A DNA stretch of 64,000 nt from positions 320,001 to 384,000 of IMG/VR virus record IMGVR_UViG_3300021978_000001. One strand, 5' to 3'. Position 1 is the first letter of the stretch; the number at the start of each line of letters is the position of its first letter. Shown here piece by piece: positions 1 to 8,933 of this stretch. A program made the translations under genes and the position numbers. The notes beneath the pieces were generated by a model. The model made no database searches, was not told the DNA's origin, and was given only the letters and a program-made list of their open reading frames with translations. Source of the stretch: a virus (Duplodnaviria > Caudoviricetes).

Positions 1-1
1 C

Positions 2-826
2 CTGTTCAAAGATTATGGCGCGGACGCGGACTTCGCGAAACTGCATCGGTTGATTCAGGAAGCTGCGCACGAGCAACGCCAGAATGAAAGGCTTACTCAG
101 GAGGAAGAGAGAGCTTCGGCCCTCGCAGCACGTGATGCGCTCGCGCGGGAGGTCGCAGAGCGCCCTCTTGTCGTGCGTCCGCCTGATGTGGGTGCTTTGG
201 GTGTCGAGGCTTCGGACGAGATGGTGGATGCTGCTTCGAGCGAGGGAACCTGGGAAGATCTTGGGAACCTGGAGCAAGGTATCCCGAGGGATGCAGATCT
301 GGCGCGTCAGCCTGCCCCTGAACCGTTGACTCTGGATAACGTAGGCATGTTCCTCGATACAGACGTGGACGCCTTGCGCACAGATGAGGGCATGCACATC
401 CCCACCTGGGATGAGGATGACACGGATGAAGAGAGTGATGCGCTCGAAGAGGGCTCTGAAGTAGTGCCTGCTTCCAGTGATTCCACGAGTCGCTCCGTCT
501 CACCCCTGATTCAAATCCGAAACATGAACACTGTCGATGACATCCATCGCGACACCCCCGCCTGGGAAGCGGGGTACACCATGGGCCTTCGAGACATGCT
601 TGTCAGGTCCGAAAATTCCTACAGTAATGCTCTCTTCAAGAAACACTACTTCTTTATGTATGCGTTGATCATTTGGATCATGATGATGGCCGGGGATCTT
701 TGTGATGAGCGCCCGACGTCCACAGAGATCGCCAATGAAAGTGTGCACCATCACGTGCATCATGCCGCACAGGAAGCCTTGATAGAGAGTCTGCGCTCGG
801 GAGGTTCGCATGCCGTTGATCCATGA
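2..826 (+). CDS. 5'-truncated acidic/coiled-coil protein with C-terminal hydrophobic segment
   Basis: Frame is open from position 2 (LFKDYGADADF...), so it starts upstream of the window; D/E-rich middle; hydrophobic YFFMYALIIWIMMMAG near the C-terminus. Confidence 0.7.
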   Translation: MFKDYGADADFAKLHRLIQEAAHEQRQNERLTQEEERASALAARDALAREVAERPLVVRPPDVGALGVEASDEMVDAASSEGTWEDLGNLEQGIPRDADLARQPAPEPLTLDNVGMFLDTDVDALRTDEGMHIPTWDEDDTDEESDALEEGSEVVPASSDSTSRSVSPLIQIRNMNTVDDIHRDTPAWEAGYTMGLRDMLVRSENSYSNALFKKHYFFMYALIIWIMMMAGDLCDERPTSTEIANESVHHHVHHAAQEALIESLRSGGSHAVDP

Positions 827-1193
827 ATGGGTGAACCCCGAGGAAGCGGAAGAGGAAGCGGTACAGCCCTCGGAGCCGGTTACCCTGGTGGACTTCGATT
901 CGCTTCGGAAAGAAGGTTACCAAGAGGGTTTCGCCGCAGGAGAAGAACGCGCCGCGCAAGAACTCGGTTCAGCTTTTACACACGCGATGTGGATGTGGTT
1001 TCTCGTGGGTTGTGGTGTAGGCTTGATTTTTGGCGCAGGTTGTTTGATGTCTGTGATCGAGGATAAGACGTTGACCATGGGTCCGATCCAGGCTCCGCCC
1101 GTCGTGGCGGCAGAGGAAGCAAGCGGTCTTATTCATGGTGCAGTAGAAGAAGCCTTGAGCCGTACCCCGCACCGCTTGCCCCGAGAGGAATGA
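810..1193 (+). CDS. Small membrane protein; variant N-terminal tag (MPLIHEW)
   Basis: GGAGG RBS upstream; TM-like MWMWFLVGCGVGLIFGAGCLMSVI; GYQEGFAAGEE repeat-like segment. Confidence 0.75.
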   Translation: MPLIHEWVNPEEAEEEAVQPSEPVTLVDFDSLRKEGYQEGFAAGEERAAQELGSAFTHAMWMWFLVGCGVGLIFGAGCLMSVIEDKTLTMGPIQAPPVVAAEEASGLIHGAVEEALSRTPHRLPREE

Positions 1194-1194
1194 C

Positions 1195-2022
1195 GTGCTG
1201 ATCAATGACATGCACAGAGGGTTGCCCGAAGAGGCGCGAGAAGAAAAACCCGAAGAGGCGCGCGAGGCAGGCTGGAGCTTTACCGAGCGGCAATCTCCAG
1301 GCAGCTTCGCGGCGAGACAGGCTGCATTGAGTCGCATGGGGCGTGTGGCGGATTCCCTCGATCAATCACGCGCCCGGCTCGAACGCTCCCGCGAGCGTCT
1401 CTCTCATCCTCTTCATCCGCTCTTCCTGCTAGAGAGTCCCGCGCCGCGCTTGGCAGAACCCCTGGAGACCGTCGAAAGGTTCCCGCCAGGTCCACCCATG
1501 CGTCGCTTGTCTGACGACTTGCCCGATGATCTCCCTGTGATCCCCTCGGGCGTTTCTTCGACATCGACGTTGGAGAACACCAATGTCGATCTCGCTCGTA
1601 TGCTTCAGACCATTGGGGTGTCTTCGGATGACTTCGCGCAGGCATTGTGGAATCAGGAGAGCGTTGTGCTAGGCCGCGTAAACGCGAACGATGATGGTGA
1701 GGATGATACCAGGGGCGAGGGTAGCAGCGAAGATGACATCTTTGCTCCTGTAGAGTCCTTGCGTGACCCACATGCTCTCGATGACATCTTCGATCCCCCA
1801 AGCGCAGAAGAACAGCAACGTCAGCTCGCGCTGACCAATGCACGCATTCAAGAGGAACTGCGAGAGGCGCGCGAGGCACTACGAGTCGCAGCTCAGATGG
1901 TCGAGCACAACGAGCAAGAGGCCCTGGGGTATCAACGTGCACTGTGGGTCCTCGGACTCTTTTGGCTCTTCGTGTTCGGGCTCTCGGTGTGTAGCTTATG
2001 CCTCTCGATCGCCGCGCTTTGA
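1195..2022 (+). CDS. Acidic/disordered protein with coiled coil and C-terminal TM anchor; group B tag (MLINDM)
   Basis: GTG start 1 nt after the previous stop; C-terminal LWVLGLFWLFVFGLSVCSLCLSIAAL. Confidence 0.75.
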   Translation: MLINDMHRGLPEEAREEKPEEAREAGWSFTERQSPGSFAARQAALSRMGRVADSLDQSRARLERSRERLSHPLHPLFLLESPAPRLAEPLETVERFPPGPPMRRLSDDLPDDLPVIPSGVSSTSTLENTNVDLARMLQTIGVSSDDFAQALWNQESVVLGRVNANDDGEDDTRGEGSSEDDIFAPVESLRDPHALDDIFDPPSAEEQQRQLALTNARIQEELREAREALRVAAQMVEHNEQEALGYQRALWVLGLFWLFVFGLSVCSLCLSIAAL

Positions 2023-2052
2023 TTCAACCGCGTTAGCCCAAAGGAGGCACGC

Positions 2053-2556
2053 ATGTACGCGAATGATGGCACGTTACCTTTCGACCCCTGTGAAGCCTGC
2101 AATGGCAAGGGAAAGTATATCGGCTTTAGCGTGATCGAGAACCCATGCAAGAGCTGTAGAGGTTTGGGGATCTCCGCCAACTCCGAGCGACCGGGCTTGT
2201 ATACCTGTAACCTTCTACGGCTCATCGAGCTGTACTGGGGACAGAATGATCCTCGTTGCACGGTGAAGGTGGTTCACAAGCGGGATTCCCCTTCTGCCAA
2301 CCGTCAATGGCGCCATATAAAGAACCTCGCAATAAACCATGGCGTCAGCGAAAGAGCGCCCTGGTGGTTTCAAGCCACCCATGCCAATGGTACCACGGTT
2401 CGGACGGAAGATTTCCCTCTGGAGCCAGTGGCGCTTCCCTATGAGGAAAACCTCTTACGCATGTGCGAGGGTAGCGCGCAGACGCGCGCGGCATTGAACA
2501 AACGCATCGAGCGCGTACTCGCGCGCAAAGCTCCCGTCGAGTCTCTCTTCACTTGA
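2053..2556 (+). CDS. Hypothetical protein with DnaJ-type zinc finger
   Basis: AAGGAGG RBS; two CxxCxGxG motifs (CEACNGKG, CKSCRGLG). Confidence 0.75.
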   Translation: MYANDGTLPFDPCEACNGKGKYIGFSVIENPCKSCRGLGISANSERPGLYTCNLLRLIELYWGQNDPRCTVKVVHKRDSPSANRQWRHIKNLAINHGVSERAPWWFQATHANGTTVRTEDFPLEPVALPYEENLLRMCEGSAQTRAALNKRIERVLARKAPVESLFT

Positions 2557-2557
2557 C

Positions 2558-2669
2558 ATTTTTAGGCAGAAAATCCGACATTTTCTGTGCAGGCTGGATT
2601 GGGCTTTTTTGCCTGATCACGTGACGCTGTGCGGTTAAGCGCGCGGTTCTGGGAAGTCATGGCAAGGCT
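2558..2669. repeat. Bipartite 112-nt non-coding repeat, copy A
   Basis: Gapless match to 16324-16435: 46/56 identical, then a 20-nt unrelated core, then 33/36 identical. Confidence 0.85.
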
Positions 2670-2679
2670 TCCCTTTTTT
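2651..2679 (+). terminator. Intrinsic terminator
   Basis: gggaagtc/ggcttccc 8-bp stem (one G-U) followed by T6. Confidence 0.6.
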
Positions 2680-2690
2680 GTGGGAAAGTT

Positions 2691-2719
2691 TTTACGCCCC
2701 CTGGACCTTGTGGTATCAG
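2691..2719 (+). promoter_or_regulatory. Conserved promoter class
   Basis: TTTACG-N17-TATCAG, preceded by TGTGG. Confidence 0.75.
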
Positions 2720-2735
2720 TAGGTGTACGGACAAG

Positions 2736-3077
2736 ATGACAACACAACGGCACGAGACGATAGAGAGGGATGAGATGGTTTCCAACAAAGATCCGCGAGG
2801 CTTGTTCAAAAAGTACGCCAACGAGATCATCGAGCTTTCCAAAGAGAAGGATTTTCCGGTGCCTATCGACCTTCGCCTGTCGAAGCAAGACATCCTCGCT
2901 CGAATCGAGGGGATGGCACCCTGGGATTGCGTGGATTTTGTGATCGCTCATGTGAATGAGATTCACGCATGCGCTCCAGTGACCGAGGAAGATCGTTACT
3001 GCGAGCCCGAGCCAGACGACATCGACGCGGAAGCCTACTACGCGATGCATCGCGGCGGCGATTACTGGAACTTCTGA
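2736..3077 (+). CDS. Hypothetical protein
   Basis: ORF directly downstream of promoter; acidic C-terminus. Confidence 0.7.
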   Translation: MTTQRHETIERDEMVSNKDPRGLFKKYANEIIELSKEKDFPVPIDLRLSKQDILARIEGMAPWDCVDFVIAHVNEIHACAPVTEEDRYCEPEPDDIDAEAYYAMHRGGDYWNF

Positions 3078-3101
3078 CCTGACCCCCAAGAGGAGACTGA
3101 C

Positions 3102-3566
3102 ATGTTGCAACATCAATACGAGCAAGAGAAGCGCGCCATCGAGAACGGATACTGCTGCAACAAGGGTTGCACGGGTCGTTGGATTCTCTCGGACTTCGAT
3201 ACCTGGCACTCCTGCAATCACGGAAACCCTGGCCCCCACCCTCATGAGCTGGAAGCGCGCTTCGAGGCAGAAGAGTACGATAAGAACGTCGCACCCTGGC
3301 GCGAGCGCTTCAAGAAGGCAGGTACCCAGCTCATGAGGCTCGGGTTCACCTCGAAGCAGGTGGGAGAGTTCGCTCGCTCCCTGGATTCAGAGCAGCAGAC
3401 GAGGTTGCTCGAAAACTACCGCCAGACCTACCCCGAGATCTTTGCCGAACCGCTGCCCGTGTACATGACCTGGACGCCCATCATCCAGACTCTCTACATC
3501 GAAGAGATGGCGCGTGATGAAACGCTTCGCCTCTCCTGGACCCTGGATGATTTCTGGGCTCACTGA
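3102..3566 (+). CDS. Hypothetical protein, possible Cys/His metal site
   Basis: GAGGAG RBS; CCNKGC...WHSCNH. Confidence 0.75.
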   Translation: MLQHQYEQEKRAIENGYCCNKGCTGRWILSDFDTWHSCNHGNPGPHPHELEARFEAEEYDKNVAPWRERFKKAGTQLMRLGFTSKQVGEFARSLDSEQQTRLLENYRQTYPEIFAEPLPVYMTWTPIIQTLYIEEMARDETLRLSWTLDDFWAH

Positions 3567-3588
3567 GGCGCACACGAAGTCAGCCTTT

Positions 3589-3618
3589 GAAACCCCTCGC
3601 CCAAAAGCGAGGGGTTTC
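3589..3618. terminator. Bidirectional terminator between convergent genes
   Basis: Perfect 12-bp stem gaaacccctcgc/gcgaggggtttc with 6-nt loop. Confidence 0.75.
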
Positions 3619-3630
3619 TCGCGTCTGGGG

Positions 3631-3981
3631 TCACACGAACCCGAGGTGCGCGAAGACAGAGACCTTCTCGGTCTCCCCCGTCTCAGGGTTCACGCGCTCC
3701 TGCGACTGGCGCAGGCTGAACGCGTAGACGGGTGTCACGCCTATGGAGAGCAACGCCTCGTGCAAGGGATGCATCAGGAAGGGGGCACCACCGAGCATGG
3801 CGCTCTCGTGGCCCACAGCGAGCTGTGCGAGCGCTTCGGCGCGCTCACGAACCTCATCAGAGGTAGGAAGCTCGGTGAAGGACAGCAACGCCTGGACTGC
3901 TGACTTGTCGGAAGGCTCCACGACACCGGCGTCACGCTGCGCGGCGCTGGTGGGGTGTTGGGTGAGATTCAAGGTCGTCAT
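3631..3981 (-). CDS. Small protein resembling the Csx20/Csx15-type CRISPR accessory ring nucleases
   Basis: CAGGAG RBS; N-terminal LNLTQHP..A.Q..AGVV, central F.ELP...EV..RA, AMLGG..F, C-terminal R.S.E...G..EK.SVF.H.GF. The ORF is solid; the family call is by-eye pattern similarity. Confidence 0.5.
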   Translation of the reverse strand: MTTLNLTQHPTSAAQRDAGVVEPSDKSAVQALLSFTELPTSDEVRERAEALAQLAVGHESAMLGGAPFLMHPLHEALLSIGVTPVYAFSLRQSQERVNPETGETEKVSVFAHLGFV

Positions 3982-4071
3982 ATTCTACTCCTGTACACAT
4001 CGACGCTGGCCAATCCAACGTCGTTCATATGGCAGGAGAGATGTGCGTTGCGCGGCGCTGACACTTCACAC

Positions 4072-4108
4072 AAAAAAGCCCTCGATGTTTCACACACCGA
4101 GGGCTTTT
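4072..4108 (-). terminator. Intrinsic terminator of 4131-4832
   Basis: 11-bp stem aaaagccctcg/cgagggctttt with a U-run on the minus strand. Confidence 0.7.
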
Positions 4109-4130
4109 AGGGGGGGAGGGGTAGAGAGGC

Positions 4131-4832
4131 TTAGAAGCCTGCGTGCGCCTCGATGAGAGGCAAGAGGGCGCTGCGGAACTCGGGGCGTGCGAACGCGAGA
4201 CGGATCAATGCCTCACCGAGCTTGAGGTTGCGCTTCTTGGCGTAGTTCTTCGCGATGTCGGAGATCGAAGGCTTCTTGCTCGGGTTGGCGGGAGGATGCT
4301 TGACGTACATCTTGAGCGCCTTGTCGAACTCCTTGCTCATCAGGGCGTTGACCTCATCCTTGTCGATCAGCTCGTCGCGTGTCTTGTCCTTCTTGACCTC
4401 GCGCCAGAACGTCATCTTGTCCTTGTCCGAGGGCTTCTTGTATTTCTTCTGGAGCTGTTGCAGTTCCTTCCCGGAATCATCCTTGTCCGAAGAGCTGTCA
4501 CCACCATCACCCTTCCACTTGTCGAAGAGCTTCTGGAAGAATCCCTTGCCCTCATCCGTGCTCGGGAGCGACTTGATCTTGACCTCATCCGAGCGACCCT
4601 TCGGGTTGGGGTTCTTGACCTTCTGATCACCCACTTCTTCGAGGAACTTCTTGACATCCTTGCCACCCTTGTCCGCGCGCTTGAGCCAGGTGTAAGGCTC
4701 GACGTAAGCGCGGCGGTGTTGAAGCTGCGCGTGCGCTTGACGGATGTCGTCTTCGATCAGGGGCATCAAGTGGGGTCGCAGCTCGCGATGGGTAAAGGCG
4801 AGCTTGATGGTTTCATCACGGAGCGTGCTCAT
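4131..4832 (-). CDS. Lys/Asp-rich protein with two LIRLAF..PE.R..L.PLIE-type motifs
   Basis: AAGGAAGAG RBS before ATG at 4832; motif at both ends (TIKLAFTHRELRPHLMPLIE; LIRLAFARPEFRSALLPLIE). Confidence 0.85.
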   Translation of the reverse strand: MSTLRDETIKLAFTHRELRPHLMPLIEDDIRQAHAQLQHRRAYVEPYTWLKRADKGGKDVKKFLEEVGDQKVKNPNPKGRSDEVKIKSLPSTDEGKGFFQKLFDKWKGDGGDSSSDKDDSGKELQQLQKKYKKPSDKDKMTFWREVKKDKTRDELIDKDEVNALMSKEFDKALKMYVKHPPANPSKKPSISDIAKNYAKKRNLKLGEALIRLAFARPEFRSALLPLIEAHAGF

Positions 4833-4912
4833 GGTTTCTCTTCCTTGGGTGAGTAGGTGGACACACATACACCATCTGTGAGCTACAAACACATTATGCA
4901 ACGCGAGACCTC

Positions 4913-4941
4913 TTTACGAGAACGCTTCAATGTGGTAAAAC
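4913..4941 (+). promoter_or_regulatory. Conserved promoter class
   Basis: TTTACG-N17-TAAAAC with TGTGG. Confidence 0.75.
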
Positions 4942-4979
4942 CCGCTTGAGTACCATTACAGAAACTCGAAGAGGTTAAC

Positions 4980-5417
4980 ATGACATACATCAACGCCGAA
5001 GAACTGCTCGACACGCTCAAGGGTACAACACAAATGAGCAAGAGCGCCTGGGACTCCCTCGAAACCACGATCCCTACCGTCAAGGTGGACATCGTGGGAG
5101 GACGCTTCGATGTCACCGCGCGCGAATGCCATATCTCCACGTCTCACCCGGAGTCGAAGCAACGCGAGAAGTTTGGTTTGAGTTGCCAGGGGTATCTGAT
5201 CCAGGTGTCCTCGGGGAACGTGATCATCTTCGTGCCGAAAGAGCACATCACCAGCGTGGACTCTGGTGAAGGCCATGCCGCGAGCGTGCTGCAAAGGCAC
5301 TACCGCAACACATGCGCGACCAACATCTACAACCAGTGGGACCGCAGCCGGAAAGCCTGGGAGAAACACAAAAGCATGCTTGCAGAACTCAAGCGCGACG
5401 ACCAGAAATCCTCCTGA
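4980..5417 (+). CDS. Hypothetical protein
   Basis: GAGG RBS; directly downstream of promoter. Confidence 0.8.
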   Translation: MTYINAEELLDTLKGTTQMSKSAWDSLETTIPTVKVDIVGGRFDVTARECHISTSHPESKQREKFGLSCQGYLIQVSSGNVIIFVPKEHITSVDSGEGHAASVLQRHYRNTCATNIYNQWDRSRKAWEKHKSMLAELKRDDQKSS

Positions 5418-5422
5418 TAGGT

Positions 5423-5451
5423 TTTACGCCCTGACCCCTTTGTGGTATATG
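5423..5451 (+). promoter_or_regulatory. Conserved promoter class
   Basis: TTTACG-N17-TATATG with TGTGG. Confidence 0.8.
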
Positions 5452-5533
5452 AAGGTGTACGACATCACGACCACAACCTCACTATCGAATTGACCGAGGC
5501 AGGCATTGCCCTGGCGCGCGAGGAAGGCGAAGC

Positions 5534-5875
5534 ATGAAGTTCAACTTGAAAAGAGCGTGTAGCGAGTGTCCGTTTCGCAAAGAGAACGGTTACCTCGAAC
5601 GTGGGCGCGCGCGTGAGATCGCGCATGCGTTGCAAAACGATGGCAGCTTTACCTGTCACAAGACCCTCGACTACACGAGCGGCAAGCCAGGAGAGACCCA
5701 GAAGAGCGCGTTCTGCGCGGGCGCCCTGAGCGTCATGGAGAACGAAGGTTCGACGTTCGCGAACGTGCTCATCCGCCTCGCCGCGATGGGCATGGGGTAC
5801 GACCCTGACGCCTTGCTCGATCGAGAGGAGTGCTTCGAGAGCATGGAAGCCTTCATCCTCGGGCATGGGAGTTGA
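5534..5875 (+). CDS. Cys-rich small protein of a type common in phages, probably metal-binding
   Basis: CSECPF...FTCHKT...FCAGA pattern. Confidence 0.75.
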   Translation: MKFNLKRACSECPFRKENGYLERGRAREIAHALQNDGSFTCHKTLDYTSGKPGETQKSAFCAGALSVMENEGSTFANVLIRLAAMGMGYDPDALLDREECFESMEAFILGHGS

Positions 5876-5877
5876 GT

Positions 5878-6864
5878 ATGCAAGACAACGAACGCTTTGG
5901 TGAGGTGCGGAGTGCGTTCGCGCAGCGACCTCGGGATGAGGAAGAGGCATTGAGGCAGTGGGAGCTATATTGCGAGCATTGTCTCGGTGATCACGAGCCC
6001 ACGCATATAAGCCAGTACATCATGGATTGTCTCTTTCACTCGGAGAAGACCTCTCTTTTCCACCGAGAGACGCCCCTGTCTGGGTGGGCTCACGAGTTGG
6101 GTATCCGTCTCGGGTATGCGGAAGGACGTTTTGACGCGTGCGTACCCATCCCAGGCCGTCTACCCCGACAGAAACACGCGCATGCTGTTTGCCTCGCTGA
6201 ACGCTTTTTGCAGGCGGTCGCGGTGGCTGCCTGTCATCTTACCTGGCGCCAAAAGTCGAGGGTGCGCGCTTATCCCCCTTACTTCTTTTATCGCGTCCTC
6301 TTGCCTGGGTGGGAGTTTGGTTTCGGTCGCGAGATGCTGGAGGTGTTGCCCGTTCAACCCCCGCGTCGCAGCTACAGGGGTGTGGATTGGCCAAGGGGCA
6401 TGCCCGTCTTGCAGACCGATCAATACTATAGCCAGTTTCTCTCGCGCGCCTTTCTTGCGTCACAGCGCGCGCAACTGAACCTCAACCTGGACCCCCTCGG
6501 TGAACTCTTCCAACGTTTGTGCGCGGATCTAGGGATGTTGCTGTATCTCGTGGGGATCAACCCCACCCGCATCGAGAAGCTGTATGGTGATCTGATTTAC
6601 CTCGCACAAGAAGTGGCCTTTCGCTATGCGGACCCAGGTAGCATCTTCAAAACTTTCTACTACCCACATGAGGAGGTCGAGCAGACGCAGGAGCTAAACG
6701 CTCCCGCCCATAACCGGGAACCTCAACACAGAATCCTCCCCGAGTATGAACCCAACCTTCGCATGTGGGAGTACGCGGTCAATCCTTTCGAGATGCAGAA
6801 GATCTTCGACGAGACGCTCGAAGACTTTGGCAGCTCAGAGCTTTGGGGAAGGATGCTGATTTAA
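5878..6864 (+). CDS. Hypothetical protein, FG[ED]VRS family
   Basis: MQDNERFGEVRSAFAQRP...RQWE; start re-chosen at 5878. Confidence 0.75.
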   Translation: MQDNERFGEVRSAFAQRPRDEEEALRQWELYCEHCLGDHEPTHISQYIMDCLFHSEKTSLFHRETPLSGWAHELGIRLGYAEGRFDACVPIPGRLPRQKHAHAVCLAERFLQAVAVAACHLTWRQKSRVRAYPPYFFYRVLLPGWEFGFGREMLEVLPVQPPRRSYRGVDWPRGMPVLQTDQYYSQFLSRAFLASQRAQLNLNLDPLGELFQRLCADLGMLLYLVGINPTRIEKLYGDLIYLAQEVAFRYADPGSIFKTFYYPHEEVEQTQELNAPAHNREPQHRILPEYEPNLRMWEYAVNPFEMQKIFDETLEDFGSSELWGRMLI

Positions 6865-7760
6865 AGGTACAGCTCGGGGTGCCACCTTGGATTGAGAGGT
6901 TCTTCATGTTGGGTCATGGGACGTGGGGTGTTGAGCCCGAGGTCGTATAGACGACGTGCCAGCTCATCCTGGGAGATGCTTTTCTCATCGCCGTCCTCAT
7001 ACACGAAGAGAACGTCGGGAGGATAGAAGCCGGAGATGATCACCTTTTCGCCGTCAAACCTCGTGGGCTCGTGTGAGAGCCACGCGCCATCATGAGAAAA
7101 CCTGTCATCGTGATAATTCCAGGTACCCTTCCAGGGGAGATCGAGCCCCATGCTGTGCAAGATGGAGAGGAAACCACGCTTGCGCTTGTCGCGTGGGTTG
7201 TGGGACTGTTCATCGAACCGTGCATGCGAGCATGTGTAGGACGGGAACACGCTTGTCCAGCCCATGTGTAGGGTCCAGGCGCCCTGGACAGTCTTGATCT
7301 GGGCATGCATCCTCTCGCCTGTGGGAGCACTCAGGGTTCGGCCATGGCGGATGAAGTCGGAGATCCATGCCGCGCCCTTGATGTGCTCTCTAAGGAACGT
7401 GACAGGCATTCTATGTCCTATGCCCGTGATGGCCCGGCGATAAAGGCAGTGGCAGATGTAATCATGCACCGGCCCTTCCATGGGAAACTCCGCAGAGACA
7501 GGCACGTTCAAGATGTGATAGCGTGTGTGGTCGTCTAACACCTCGTTATACCAGATGTCCTTGCTCAAGATCTGCCTCGCAGACGTCACCCACCCGAGCA
7601 AGTGCCAGGCTTGGTGTTTTGTAATCGTCCGCATGATCTCCTGTTGCGCGACCTGAGCCTGGTCGGGAGACATTTCTCCCGTGAGGAGCCATAGCCTGCG
7701 CACGTTATCCCCATACCAGAAGCGCGCCATCATGCTGCGCCATTCGCCTGTCCCAAACAT
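6861..7760 (-). CDS. Hypothetical protein, weak FGEVRS-like start
   Basis: Strong AAAGGAGG RBS and its own minus-strand promoter; starts MFGTGEWRSMM. Confidence 0.8.
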   Translation of the reverse strand: MFGTGEWRSMMARFWYGDNVRRLWLLTGEMSPDQAQVAQQEIMRTITKHQAWHLLGWVTSARQILSKDIWYNEVLDDHTRYHILNVPVSAEFPMEGPVHDYICHCLYRRAITGIGHRMPVTFLREHIKGAAWISDFIRHGRTLSAPTGERMHAQIKTVQGAWTLHMGWTSVFPSYTCSHARFDEQSHNPRDKRKRGFLSILHSMGLDLPWKGTWNYHDDRFSHDGAWLSHEPTRFDGEKVIISGFYPPDVLFVYEDGDEKSISQDELARRLYDLGLNTPRPMTQHEEPLNPRWHPELYL

Positions 7761-7785
7761 CACTTCCTCCTTTTGTGCTTCACCT

Positions 7786-7815
7786 CTCGTACCACATCTA
7801 CAGGGTATCCGTCAA
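7786..7815 (-). promoter_or_regulatory. Conserved promoter class
   Basis: Minus strand TTGACG-N18-TACGAG with TGTGG. Confidence 0.7.
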
Positions 7816-7882
7816 GTCTTCTCGAACGCTTTACGGAGTTTTCACGTAAAGAGAAAGGAAGGCCATGTTGTGAGGTAAGGCA

Positions 7883-8923
7883 ATGATTCAAAACTTGAAC
7901 TTCGGAGATGTCCGCTCGTTGATGGCGGGGCCTCCACGAAATCCAGATCACGCAGAGCAACAATGGGAAGTGCTGCTTTATTTGATGCGCCATCCCGAGC
8001 GAGAAACCAACGGAGACATCGCCAACATGCGTATGTATGTTGAGGGACGCGCGTCGAGGATCAGCTCTGAGTGTCGAACCCTGGAAGACTGGGCAACGCT
8101 TCTGGTGAACCAGGGATTGTCTCTTGGAGCTGCGCTGTATCAGAGCTGGCGCTACACACCGCGCGAGCGTTACCTGACCTTCGAGATGGCCGATCACAAT
8201 CCGGCGCGCATCGAAAACTACCTGGAGCCTCCCCGGGATTTCAAGCTGCTCGCCACGCTCGATAGGCGCACGGTCGATCAGCAAGCCATCGGCGCGGCCT
8301 TGCGGAGCGCGATCTTCGATCAGCTCTACCTGTATGCGCGTGAGCAGAAGTGGGAGGAGCGCCACCGCCGCCTCTCCAAATACCCTGGGAGCGACGAAGA
8401 ACGCGCGAGCCAGCGAAAGGTCATCGAGGCGCAGGCGCTAAGGATGCACCAGCTCGTCTGGATCATGACTCGGATCACGTATCGCACCGAGGTCAACAGG
8501 CAGACCCACATCGAACACCTCACCTATCCGTTTCATGCGTCTGATGTGCTCGGGTCGCAGACTGCTGCTCGATCGGACTATCTGCGGGTCGTCAAGAACC
8601 AGATCGAGAAGTCCTGGTATCAGCACAATACCTTGGTGAATCAAGATGCGTCCCGGTACCTCTATGACACGACCCTGGACGCTGGCGAGGACGTACCGAA
8701 CTACGGGCACCTCTCGGGGCAAATGCTCCTGGCTTGCGTGCTGGCAGATATATGGCCTGTGATCCGGGATGATTGGATGGTAAGCATGGCGAAGGGACTG
8801 CCTCCTATCGAGGCATTGGATGCGCATTACGTGCAGCATGAAGCGCTGATCACGCAAGCCCTTGAGCGCTTCTACAACAACAAGCCAGGCGAGGAAGACC
8901 TCGACCTGGACATCGAATGGTAA
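7883..8923 (+). CDS. Hypothetical protein, FG[ED]VRS family
   Basis: MIQNLNFGDVRSLMAGPP...QQWE. Confidence 0.8.
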   Translation: MIQNLNFGDVRSLMAGPPRNPDHAEQQWEVLLYLMRHPERETNGDIANMRMYVEGRASRISSECRTLEDWATLLVNQGLSLGAALYQSWRYTPRERYLTFEMADHNPARIENYLEPPRDFKLLATLDRRTVDQQAIGAALRSAIFDQLYLYAREQKWEERHRRLSKYPGSDEERASQRKVIEAQALRMHQLVWIMTRITYRTEVNRQTHIEHLTYPFHASDVLGSQTAARSDYLRVVKNQIEKSWYQHNTLVNQDASRYLYDTTLDAGEDVPNYGHLSGQMLLACVLADIWPVIRDDWMVSMAKGLPPIEALDAHYVQHEALITQALERFYNNKPGEEDLDLDIEW

Positions 8924-8933
8924 AGGTGATCGT

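Noticed and set aside
2558-2638. The 112-nt repeat as a conserved small peptide gene
   Set aside because: Some differences are synonymous in two frames, but I saw no shared start codon or RBS and block 2 differences are not at third positions.
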